Assembly (NCBI GenBank): GCA_017612915.1
Contig: JAGAEX010000031.1
Span: 11,449-75,448 of the forward strand
Length of the DNA stretch: 64,000 nt
Source: Clostridia bacterium
GTDB taxonomy: Bacteria; Bacillota; Clostridia; Christensenellales; Borkfalkiaceae
Direction: 5' to 3'
How positions within the stretch are numbered: the stretch's first letter is position 1; every line of letters begins with the position of its first letter. The notes beneath the pieces were generated by a model, which was not told the origin of the DNA, did not search any database, and worked only from the letters and a program-made list of their open reading frames with translations. A program made the translations under genes and the position numbers. This document shows positions 21,160 to 29,124 of the stretch, piece after piece.

Positions 21160-22568
21160 TGCAGAAGAAGACCATTGAAATAAACAAAAAGACCAACTTG
21201 CTCGAAGAAGGATATTACAAATATCCGTTGCAAGATGTTAAAAAACCGCAGTTGTTTCGTGACGTTTTCGACTATAAACACGTTCCGAAGATAATATTTA
21301 ACAATACCGTCGTTCCTATGGGTATGCCGAAAGAGATCTGGCTTACCGATACGACTTTCCGCGACGGTCAGCAATCAATGTCGCCCTTTACCGTAAAACA
21401 AATGGTCGATCTGTTTAAGTTGATGTCCCGTCTCGGCGGCAAAAAGGGTATAGTCAGGCAGTCGGAATTTTTCCTTTATTCTGAAAAGGACAGAAAAGCT
21501 GCGGCGGCTTGCCGTGATTTAGGGCTTCAATTTCCGGAAGTAACGAGTTGGATCAGGGCAAACAAGAAAGATTTTCAACTCGTAAAGGAAATGGAGATAA
21601 AGGAAACGGGTATCCTCGTCAGTTGTTCCGATTACCATATTTTTAAAAAGATGAATTTAACGCGTTCGCAAGCGATGGATAAATATCTCGGCACGGTTAA
21701 AGATGCGCTCGACGCGGGTATAAGACCGCGTTGCCATTTTGAAGATATCACGCGCGCGGACTTTTACGGGTTTGTTATACCGTTCGCGACAGAGCTTATG
21801 CGGCTTATGGAAGAGAGTGGTATCCCGATAAAGATCAGGGCTTGCGATACTATGGGGTTCGGTGTTAATTTTTCGGGTGCGGCTATTCCGAGAAGCGTTC
21901 AGGGCATAATTTATGGCTTGAAACACTACGCAAGAGTGCCGAGCGCACTTTTGGAGTGGCATGGACATAATGATTTTTATAAAGTGGTAACCAACGCGGA
22001 TACCGCATGGCTTTACGGCTGTGCGGCAATAAACTGTTCGCTGCTTGGCGTGGGGGAAAGAACGGGCAACTGTCCGTTAGAAGCAATGGCGATAGAGTAC
22101 GCGTCTTTTAAGGGTACCGACGACGGTATGGATTTTACGGCAATAAGCGATATAGCCGAATATTTCGAGAAAGAAATAGGTTATTCGATTCCGCCGAGGA
22201 CTCCTTTCGTCGGTAAGAGTTTTAACTCGACTCGTGCGGGCATTCATGCGGACGGTATGCTGAAAAGCGAAGAGATATATAACGTTTTCGATACTAAAAA
22301 GATACTTAATCGTCCGATGTCAGTCGCGATAAACAATACGAGCGGGCTCGCGGGGATCGCTTATTGGATAAATCAGCATTTCGAGTTGAAGCGTTCGGAC
22401 AAAATAAGTAAAACGCACGCGGTCGTCGAAAAAATGAAGGAGCGTATAGATAAAGAGTACGCCGACGGACGTTGTACCGTTATGTCTGACGAAGAACTTG
22501 TTGCTATGCTTTCTGCTGAAGATCCCGATCTTTATAAAATATTATCGGCAAAACACAGAAAAGTTTGA
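21159..22568 (+). CDS. HMGL-like aldolase family protein (homocitrate / isopropylmalate synthase family), probable Re-citrate synthase
   Basis: 469 aa. About 60 residues of N-terminal extension precede DTTFRDGQQS. HxH is present (WHGHND). There is no LeuA-type C-terminal regulatory domain. The start overlaps the aspC stop (TAATG). The Re-citrate synthase assignment is from memory of the clostridial family. Confidence 0.55.
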   Translation: MQKKTIEINKKTNLLEEGYYKYPLQDVKKPQLFRDVFDYKHVPKIIFNNTVVPMGMPKEIWLTDTTFRDGQQSMSPFTVKQMVDLFKLMSRLGGKKGIVRQSEFFLYSEKDRKAAAACRDLGLQFPEVTSWIRANKKDFQLVKEMEIKETGILVSCSDYHIFKKMNLTRSQAMDKYLGTVKDALDAGIRPRCHFEDITRADFYGFVIPFATELMRLMEESGIPIKIRACDTMGFGVNFSGAAIPRSVQGIIYGLKHYARVPSALLEWHGHNDFYKVVTNADTAWLYGCAAINCSLLGVGERTGNCPLEAMAIEYASFKGTDDGMDFTAISDIAEYFEKEIGYSIPPRTPFVGKSFNSTRAGIHADGMLKSEEIYNVFDTKKILNRPMSVAINNTSGLAGIAYWINQHFELKRSDKISKTHAVVEKMKERIDKEYADGRCTVMSDEELVAMLSAEDPDLYKILSAKHRKV

Positions 22569-22576
22569 TTTTCGTA

Positions 22577-22605
22577 TTGTAATTTTGGTAAAAATATTGT
22601 ATAAT
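22577..22605 (+). promoter_or_regulatory. Sigma-A-type promoter (TTGTAA-17-TATAAT) for the mini P-loop gene
   Basis: TTGTAA at 22577-22582, a 17-nt spacer, and TATAAT at 22600-22605. Confidence 0.55.
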
Positions 22606-22636
22606 TTTATTGATAAAATTTTTTAGGAGTAATTGT

Positions 22637-23044
22637 ATGAAAATTTTTTACGGACCTAAGGGCACAGGCAAAACCAAAGCAATAATAGATTTTGCGAACG
22701 AAGTTAAAGATACGGCAAAAGGACACGTCGTTTACATAACCGATTCCGACAAAAATGCTTTTGATATCAAACGTCCGATCAGATTTTTGGATACGACCGA
22801 TTTCGGCGTAAAATCCGAAGACGAATTCCGCGGATTTATAAAAGGGATAGTTGCGTCTAACGGCGATAACGAATATGTCTTTATCGACGGAGTTGCGAGA
22901 ATTTGTTGCAAGGCGCTCAGTGAGATTGATTCTGTTTTTGAAACTTTGGTTATGCTGGAAGAGAAGTTCGGTGTTAAATTCGTGATCACTTGCAGCGGGT
23001 TTAAGGAAGATTTGCCCGACTTTATATTAAAGTACGTCGATTAA
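22637..23044 (+). CDS. Small P-loop NTPase-like protein of unknown function (135 aa)
   Basis: The track ORF starts at 22610, but the ATG at 22637 follows AGGAG. Walker A (GPKGTGKT) is at residues 6-13. A Walker-B-like YVFIDG has no following acidic residue. No lid or other domain is visible. Confidence 0.6.
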   Translation: MKIFYGPKGTGKTKAIIDFANEVKDTAKGHVVYITDSDKNAFDIKRPIRFLDTTDFGVKSEDEFRGFIKGIVASNGDNEYVFIDGVARICCKALSEIDSVFETLVMLEEKFGVKFVITCSGFKEDLPDFILKYVD

Positions 23045-23075
23045 CTTGCTTTTTATAGTTTAAATGTAGTAAAAT

Positions 23076-23106
23076 AAAAGTCGGGTCATCTCGACTTTTA
23101 TTTTTT
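23076..23106 (+). terminator. Rho-independent terminator after the P-loop gene
   Basis: AAAAGTCG (23076-23083) pairs with CGACTTTT (23092-23099), followed by TTTTATTTTTT. A possible overlapping promoter (TTGCTT at 23046, 18-nt spacer, TAAAAT at 23070) could serve thrC. Confidence 0.6.
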
Positions 23107-23117
23107 AGGTGATAATT

Positions 23118-24611
23118 ATGAAATTTATCAGTACTCGCGGCGCAGCGGCCGCGGAAAATGCCGCGCAAGCCATTACGAAAGGCTTGGCGGATGACGGGGG
23201 ATTATTCGTTCCGGAAAGTTTTCCTTCCGTTAAAGACGATCTTAAAAATATGCTTTCTATGGACTACGCCGAGCGCGCCGCTTTTATCATCGGCAAATTT
23301 CTCGGCGAGTACGATAAGGGCGGGCTTTATTCGGCTTGCCAAAAAGCCTATTCGCAGTTTGAAGACGGCGATGCCGCGCCTGTCGTAAAAATTGACGATA
23401 ATCTTTTCGTTTTGGAACTTTTCCACGGTCCGACTCTCGCGTTTAAAGATATCGCGCTCACGCTTTTGCCTTACCTGTTGAGGACGGGGGCGGATATAGG
23501 CGGGGTAAAAGAAACAATACTTATCCTTGTCGCGACAAGCGGCGATACCGGTAAAGCGGCACTCGAAGGTTTCAAAAATCAGCAAGGCGTTAAAATTTGC
23601 GTGTTCTATCCGTCCGAAGGCGTTTCGGATATGCAGAAGTTACAGATGTGCACGCAGGAAGGCGACAACGTTAAAGTTGTCGGAGTAAAAGGGAATTTCG
23701 ACGATTGCCAGACCGCCGTCAAAAAGATATTTACGAGCAGTGAAGTCGCCGCCGAATTAAAAAATGAAAACGTGGTTTTATCCAGCGCGAATTCAATAAA
23801 TTTCGGGCGACTCGTTCCGCAGGTCGTATATTATTTTTCAGCCTATTGCGATCTTGTAAATGCAGGCGAGATAGCACTTGGCGACGAAATAGATTTTACC
23901 GTCCCGACCGGCAATTTCGGAAATATTCTCGCCGGATATTACGCTAAAAAAATGGGACTTCCCGTTAAAAAACTCGTCTGTGCGTCAAATTCCAATAATG
24001 TTCTTACCGAATTCTTTTTGAGCGGTACTTACGACGCTAACCGCGAGTTCTTCAAGACGATGTCGCCGTCGATGGATATACTTATTTCCAGCAATCTCGA
24101 AAGACTCATTTTCGAGTTGTGCGACAGGGATAGCGCGCTTACCGCAAACAGGATGTCAGAGCTTAAAAAAACGGGTAAATATTCGCTTGATAAAGATGAA
24201 AAAGCCGCTCTTATCAAGGATTTTTATGCCGGATATTGCGACGAAGAAGAGTGTTTAAGCACGATGGCGGAATGCTTTGACGATTTGGGGTATTTATGCG
24301 ATCCGCACACTGCTGTCGCGTTAAAGGTTGCAGGCGATTATTCGGTGTATAGTGATTCAAATCGTAAAATGGTGGTATTATCTACGGCAAGTCCGTATAA
24401 GTTTTCGCAAAATGTGTTAAAAGCGGTGGGGGGTAAATTTGTAAAAGACGCGTTCGATGCGGCAAAAGAACTTGAATCTCTGTCCGCGGCACCTATCCCG
24501 AAACAGATCTCGGAACTTAAAACGAAACCCAAAAGATTTACAGACGTTATAGATAAAGCGGACGCGGCAAAGGAAGTGTTGCGTTTTGCCGCTGAAAAAA
24601 TAAGGAAATGA
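23118..24611 (+). CDS. thrC: Threonine synthase (long, ~500-aa type)
   Basis: It contains MKFISTRG and the PLP-lysine motif GPTLAFKDIAL. The ATG at 23118 follows TAGGTGA. Confidence 0.9.
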   Translation: MKFISTRGAAAAENAAQAITKGLADDGGLFVPESFPSVKDDLKNMLSMDYAERAAFIIGKFLGEYDKGGLYSACQKAYSQFEDGDAAPVVKIDDNLFVLELFHGPTLAFKDIALTLLPYLLRTGADIGGVKETILILVATSGDTGKAALEGFKNQQGVKICVFYPSEGVSDMQKLQMCTQEGDNVKVVGVKGNFDDCQTAVKKIFTSSEVAAELKNENVVLSSANSINFGRLVPQVVYYFSAYCDLVNAGEIALGDEIDFTVPTGNFGNILAGYYAKKMGLPVKKLVCASNSNNVLTEFFLSGTYDANREFFKTMSPSMDILISSNLERLIFELCDRDSALTANRMSELKKTGKYSLDKDEKAALIKDFYAGYCDEEECLSTMAECFDDLGYLCDPHTAVALKVAGDYSVYSDSNRKMVVLSTASPYKFSQNVLKAVGGKFVKDAFDAAKELESLSAAPIPKQISELKTKPKRFTDVIDKADAAKEVLRFAAEKIRK

Positions 24612-24612
24612 T

Positions 24613-25617
24613 ATGGAAGATAAAAAGACTTTATTCAGTGCTATTCAACCGAGCGGGATACTGACGATAGGTAACTATCTCGGCGCGCTCAGGAATTTCA
24701 AAAAGCTTCAAGACGACTATAACAGTATTTTTTCGGTCGCGGATTTGCATACTCTTACCGTAAGGCAGGATCCTGCGACGCTTCGCAAAAATATTTATGA
24801 ACTTACCGCGCTTTATTTGGCTTGTGGAATAAATCCCGAAAAGTCGATATTATTTATACAGTCGCACGTTTCGGCGCACGCAGAACTTACCTGGGTACTT
24901 AATACGATTTGTTATCCCGGAGAGCTTTCGCGTATGACGCAGTTTAAGGAGAAAAGTAAAACTCACGAAGATAACGTAAATATGGGGCTTATGGATTATC
25001 CTGTACTTATGGCTTCGGATATTTTGCTTTACCAGTCAGATTTGGTGCCTGTCGGCGCGGACCAGAAACAGCATCTCGAATTGTCGCGCGATATAGCGAT
25101 AAGATTTAACAACCGTTTCGGTGAAACGTTTACCGTTCCTGACGGGTATATTCCGAAGACGGCTGCAAGGGTAATGAGCCTGCAAGAGCCGACTAAGAAA
25201 ATGAGTAAATCGGACGCTAACTTAAACGCCTTTATCTCGATGGACGATGATCCGGATACGGTGATAAGAAAGTTTAAGCGCGCGGTTACAGATAGTGATA
25301 ATCGCATTATTTTCAGCGAAGATAAGCCAGGTATAAGCAATTTGCTTACTATTTACGCGGCGATAACGGAAAAGTCCATTGCAGACGTCGAGAAGGAGTT
25401 TGCGGGGCTTGGTTACGGCGACTTTAAACTTCGCGTAGGCGAAGCGGTTGCGAACGTTATCGAGCCGATCAGGCAGGAGAAAAATAAACTGTTGGCAAAT
25501 CGCGATTATCTTGATGACGTGCTTAAAAACGGTGCGGAACGTGCGGAACGTGTTGCGTACAGAACACTTGCCAAAGTGTATAAAAAAGTCGGTTTAGTGG
25601 CGAGAAAGAGGGGCTGA
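24613..25617 (+). CDS. trpS: Tryptophan--tRNA ligase
   Basis: 334 aa. It has the HIGH-region variant PSGILTIGNYLGAL, plus GADQKQH and KMSKSD. It starts 1 nt after the thrC stop. Confidence 0.95.
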   Translation: MEDKKTLFSAIQPSGILTIGNYLGALRNFKKLQDDYNSIFSVADLHTLTVRQDPATLRKNIYELTALYLACGINPEKSILFIQSHVSAHAELTWVLNTICYPGELSRMTQFKEKSKTHEDNVNMGLMDYPVLMASDILLYQSDLVPVGADQKQHLELSRDIAIRFNNRFGETFTVPDGYIPKTAARVMSLQEPTKKMSKSDANLNAFISMDDDPDTVIRKFKRAVTDSDNRIIFSEDKPGISNLLTIYAAITEKSIADVEKEFAGLGYGDFKLRVGEAVANVIEPIRQEKNKLLANRDYLDDVLKNGAERAERVAYRTLAKVYKKVGLVARKRG

Positions 25618-25618
25618 A

Positions 25619-26485
25619 ATGTTCGGATACCTGACTACCGATTTTCCAAATCTTTACGTTAAAGATACCGTGCTGTACAAGTCGGCTTACTGCGGGCTGT
25701 GTAAAAGTATAGGTAGGATATGTGGTACGAAGGGAAGATTTTTATTGAATTACGACCTGACCTTTCTTTCGGTTTTTACGCATAACGTCGTCGGGTGCGA
25801 TTTTGAAATAAAAAAACAACGCTGTATTTTGCACTTTATAGTAAAGCGTCCAATCGCTGTTCCCGACGGGTTATCGCAAAGGATTGCGGCGCTGAACGTG
25901 ATTTTAGCCTATTATAAACTTACCGATAACGTGTTGGACGAGGGAAATGGCAGGTTAAAGCGTTCGTTTTTTAAGCAGGCGTATAAAAAGGCGAAAAAGG
26001 TCGAACCGACGCTCGACGCTATTGTTAAGTCGCGTTACGACGAATTGATGGGATATGAGCGGCAAAATTCCGACAGTATTGATGCGGTTGCCGATCCGTT
26101 TGGCGCTATGATGAAAGATATCGTTCGCGAACTCGTTGCGGATAAATTTACTGAAAATATCGGTGAACTTTCTTATAATATCGGTAAATGGATATATCTT
26201 ATCGACGCTTTGGACGACTTTGATAAAGACAAAAAGAACGGCGCGTTTAACGTTTTTGTCAATTCATACAATAATTTTGACGATAAACGCGCGTTTGTTG
26301 ACGCAAAAAAGCAGGATTTACAATTTATTTTCGGCGGGATATTGTCAATAATATATGAAAACGCCGTTAAAATCGCGTACAATTTCAATCACGATTTGAC
26401 TGATAATATTTTGCTTAAAGGGGTGTTTGAACAAACTAAAAATATTATGGAGTGTAAAAAATGCAAGAATTCTATAAAATATTAG
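25619..26485 (+). CDS. Conserved hypothetical, mostly helical protein with N- and C-terminal CxxC pairs
   Basis: 288 aa. It contains MFGYLTTDFPNLYVKDTVLYKSAYCGLCKSIGRICG...LIDALDDFDKDKKNG...ECKKCKNSIKY. It starts 1 nt after the trpS stop, with SD AGAGGGG. From memory it resembles a clostridial DUF (DUF5685-type), but this is unverified. Confidence 0.7.
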   Translation: MFGYLTTDFPNLYVKDTVLYKSAYCGLCKSIGRICGTKGRFLLNYDLTFLSVFTHNVVGCDFEIKKQRCILHFIVKRPIAVPDGLSQRIAALNVILAYYKLTDNVLDEGNGRLKRSFFKQAYKKAKKVEPTLDAIVKSRYDELMGYERQNSDSIDAVADPFGAMMKDIVRELVADKFTENIGELSYNIGKWIYLIDALDDFDKDKKNGAFNVFVNSYNNFDDKRAFVDAKKQDLQFIFGGILSIIYENAVKIAYNFNHDLTDNILLKGVFEQTKNIMECKKCKNSIKY

Positions 26486-27072
26486 GCGTTAGTGAGTCGG
26501 CTACCGACGCGGAAATCGAAGAAAGATACAATAAACTTAAAGAAAAATATTCGCGTGAGCGGTTTTATGAAGGGGAGATCGGTAACGAGGCTGCGCGGAA
26601 TCTTACGAAACTTGAAACTGCATATATAGAGATAAAGAACGCTCGTGCGTATAAGACTGACGAAAGTGGTACCGTGCACGATTTCTCCGAAGTGGAAAAA
26701 CTTATTAAAGACGGTGATTTTGCCGGCGCGCAGGCTCGTCTTGACGATATTACCGATAGGAGCGCGGAGTGGCATTATCTTCAATCGGTAATTTTCTATA
26801 AGAAAAATTGGATAAACGAGAGCAAAAAACAGTTGGAAATCGCGTTGAATATGGACCCGCATAATGAAAAGTATTCCGCCGCTTACAGTAAACTCAAGCA
26901 GAAAATGGCTTATAATGAAAACCAGTTTCACTCGGGTAACGCACAGGGCGGCGTGTATAACGGAACGGGCGAACGTCAGATGGGCGGCGACGGTGCTAAT
27001 GATTGTCTTTCTTTTTGTGCTACTTGGTGTTGTTTGAATATGCTTTGCAATATGTGTTGCAGATGCGGTTAA
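26461..27072 (+). CDS. J-domain-like protein lacking HPD, with a TPR-like middle region and a C-terminal cysteine-string tail
   Basis: 203 aa. It begins FYKILGVSESATDAEIEERYNKLKEKY (J helix I-II), followed by SRE where HPD is expected. The last 22 residues (CLSFCATWCCLNMLCNMCCRCG) contain 8 Cys. The start overlaps the upstream ORF by 25 nt, with GGAG 9 nt upstream. Confidence 0.7.
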   Translation: MQEFYKILGVSESATDAEIEERYNKLKEKYSRERFYEGEIGNEAARNLTKLETAYIEIKNARAYKTDESGTVHDFSEVEKLIKDGDFAGAQARLDDITDRSAEWHYLQSVIFYKKNWINESKKQLEIALNMDPHNEKYSAAYSKLKQKMAYNENQFHSGNAQGGVYNGTGERQMGGDGANDCLSFCATWCCLNMLCNMCCRCG

Positions 27073-27073
27073 T

Positions 27074-27619
27074 ATGAAAAGTCGCGTTATAGCCGTTTCG
27101 GCGATATCAGCGGGGCTCGTTTCCGTTTGTCTTGCTATTGGGATATATTTTGAGCCGATAGACGTTTTGTCGCTTGTTTTGACTTCGGTTTTTGTGATTT
27201 TGCCTTTATACCTTAAATCGTATAAAGGCGCTATTTTATCTTATCTTTCCGGTGGGATATTGGGGCTTGTGTTCGGTTGGTTTAATTTTTTGTATTCCTT
27301 TGTTTTTCCCGCGTATTTTGCGTTTTTCGGGTTGTTCCCTATAATTTTTTGCTTTCTGAAAGAGAAGAAAATGAACAAGTACCTTTTTCACGCGATAGGG
27401 ATTGTTTGGACAGTTGCGGCTTTTTACGGGTTTTATTTTTATTATACTTTTGTAATGGGGCTGAATTTTTTCGATCTTCCTGATTATTTGCTGTGGGTTA
27501 AGGACTATTTGCTTTATTTCTTGGGCGTTTTGAGTGTGGTGTTTTATTTTATATATGAGCGATCTGTATTCGTTGCGAGAGCGTTGATGGATAGATATTT
27601 GGGTAAAATAATCAAATAG
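27074..27619 (+). CDS. Polytopic membrane protein (about 5-6 TM), unknown function
   Basis: 181 aa, very hydrophobic and aromatic-rich (FGWFNFLYSFVFPAYFAFFGLFPIIFCF). It starts 1 nt after the J-like gene's stop. Confidence 0.65.
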   Translation: MKSRVIAVSAISAGLVSVCLAIGIYFEPIDVLSLVLTSVFVILPLYLKSYKGAILSYLSGGILGLVFGWFNFLYSFVFPAYFAFFGLFPIIFCFLKEKKMNKYLFHAIGIVWTVAAFYGFYFYYTFVMGLNFFDLPDYLLWVKDYLLYFLGVLSVVFYFIYERSVFVARALMDRYLGKIIK

Positions 27620-27636
27620 GGTTAATATACTGTAAG

Positions 27637-29046
27637 ATGAATAAGAACGAGATAAGGGAAGGGACAGTCTTTGCTATCGGGATGAACGGCGAAGGAGTTC
27701 TTAAAGACGATGGGAAAATTGTATTCGTGCCTTTTACTATGGTAGGGGAAAAGATAAGGTATAAGGTGCTAAAATCGGCTTCTAACTGTACATACGGTAA
27801 GGTGCTGGAAGTTTTGACGCCCGCAGAAGATCGCGTTAGACCGAGATGTGCGGTTTTCGGTAAGTGTGGCGGTTGTCAGTTGCAGCATATAAAATATGCC
27901 GCGCAACTTAAAATAAAAGAAGATAATATCGCTAATTGCTTTAAAAAGATAGCGTTTACCGAAATCGACGTTCAGCCTACCGTACGCGGGGACGATGAGT
28001 TTGGGTACAGAAACAAACTGCAATTACCGGTTTCGGTTGACAAGGCGGGTAAAACAATAATTGGCTTTTATGCTGAAAATTCGCATAGAGTTGTTCCCGT
28101 TTTCGATTGTCCGATCAATGCCGTGTGGACAGCGGATATTATAAGCGCTTTTAACGAGTATTTTGAAACGACGGGTGTGAAGGGGTATAATGAAGAATCT
28201 TATACCGGTGATATTCGTGAGATCGCGGTTAAAGACATAAAGGGTAAACTTATAATAACAGTTGTTGCGACGATAGAAATGCTTCCTTTTAAGGATAAAC
28301 TCTTGAAAATTTTGGAGAACAAGATCAAATATACCTTTTCGCTTTATCTTAACGTCAATAAGTCGCATAATAACGTTATTTTCAGCGAAAAATTTATTCA
28401 TTTATTCGGTAATAAAGATTATGCCGCCGATATGCTCGGAATAAGGTATAGGGTGGGCGTACAGAGTTTTATGCAGGTCAACGATTGTGTTGCGGCAAAA
28501 CTTTATTCAATGGTAAATACTCTTGCGAATGCAGATGAAAATACTGTGATAATTGACGCTTACAGCGGGGCGGGGCTTTTGACTGCGCTGCTTTCAAAGC
28601 GGGCAAAAAAGGCGATAGGAATTGAAATTGTGCCTGAAGCGGTGCAACTTGCAGACGAGCTTTCCCTTCAAAACGGATTAGCCGATAAAATCACTAATTA
28701 TCAGGGAAAATGCGAAGATATTATGCCAGACATAATTGAGCGTGAAAAGGCTAGCGGTAATAAAATCGTCGTTGTTTTAGACCCGCCGAGAAAGGGCTGC
28801 GATATTAAGGTTGTAGAAGCCGTTAAGAACAGCAACGCGGATAAAATCATTTACGTTTCCTGTAAGCCTTCTACGCTTGCAAGGGACGTCGGTCTTATCA
28901 CAGGAACGCTTTGTAGCGACGGCACAAAGATAGAAAAGGCGGTTGCGCCTGACGGTAAATACGTTATAAACAGCGTCAGACCGTTTGATATGTTTGCCCA
29001 AACCAAGCACGTAGAAACCGTTTGCGAACTTGTTCGCAAAAAATAA
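27637..29046 (+). CDS. 23S rRNA (uracil-C5)-methyltransferase, RlmD/RumA family (TRAM + 4Fe-4S + SAM MTase)
   Basis: 469 aa. It has an N-terminal TRAM-like domain, the Fe-S cysteines CAVFGKCGGCQLQH, the SAM motif DAYSGAG, and a C-terminal catalytic YVSCKP..DMFAQTKHVE. Confidence 0.85.
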   Translation: MNKNEIREGTVFAIGMNGEGVLKDDGKIVFVPFTMVGEKIRYKVLKSASNCTYGKVLEVLTPAEDRVRPRCAVFGKCGGCQLQHIKYAAQLKIKEDNIANCFKKIAFTEIDVQPTVRGDDEFGYRNKLQLPVSVDKAGKTIIGFYAENSHRVVPVFDCPINAVWTADIISAFNEYFETTGVKGYNEESYTGDIREIAVKDIKGKLIITVVATIEMLPFKDKLLKILENKIKYTFSLYLNVNKSHNNVIFSEKFIHLFGNKDYAADMLGIRYRVGVQSFMQVNDCVAAKLYSMVNTLANADENTVIIDAYSGAGLLTALLSKRAKKAIGIEIVPEAVQLADELSLQNGLADKITNYQGKCEDIMPDIIEREKASGNKIVVVLDPPRKGCDIKVVEAVKNSNADKIIYVSCKPSTLARDVGLITGTLCSDGTKIEKAVAPDGKYVINSVRPFDMFAQTKHVETVCELVRKK

Positions 29047-29124
29047 ATTTGCATCGTGCGTAAACGCTTGCGAAAACATTTGCGTTTATAAGCGAAAAAA
29101 TAATTATTTCTTCTTTTTTACATA

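Noticed and set aside
29024-29039. TGCGAAC-TT-GTTCGCA palindrome as a LexA (Cheo) box for the Y-family polymerase
   Set aside because: The arms match the Firmicute LexA half-sites, but the spacer is 2 nt rather than 4. The element also lies inside the rlmD coding sequence. I kept it only as a caveat in the polymerase finding and did not call it a LexA site.
29054-29090. Hairpin TAAACGC-N14-GCGTTTA after rlmD
   Set aside because: The stem is 7 bp, the loop is long and no T tract follows. This is too weak to annotate as a terminator.
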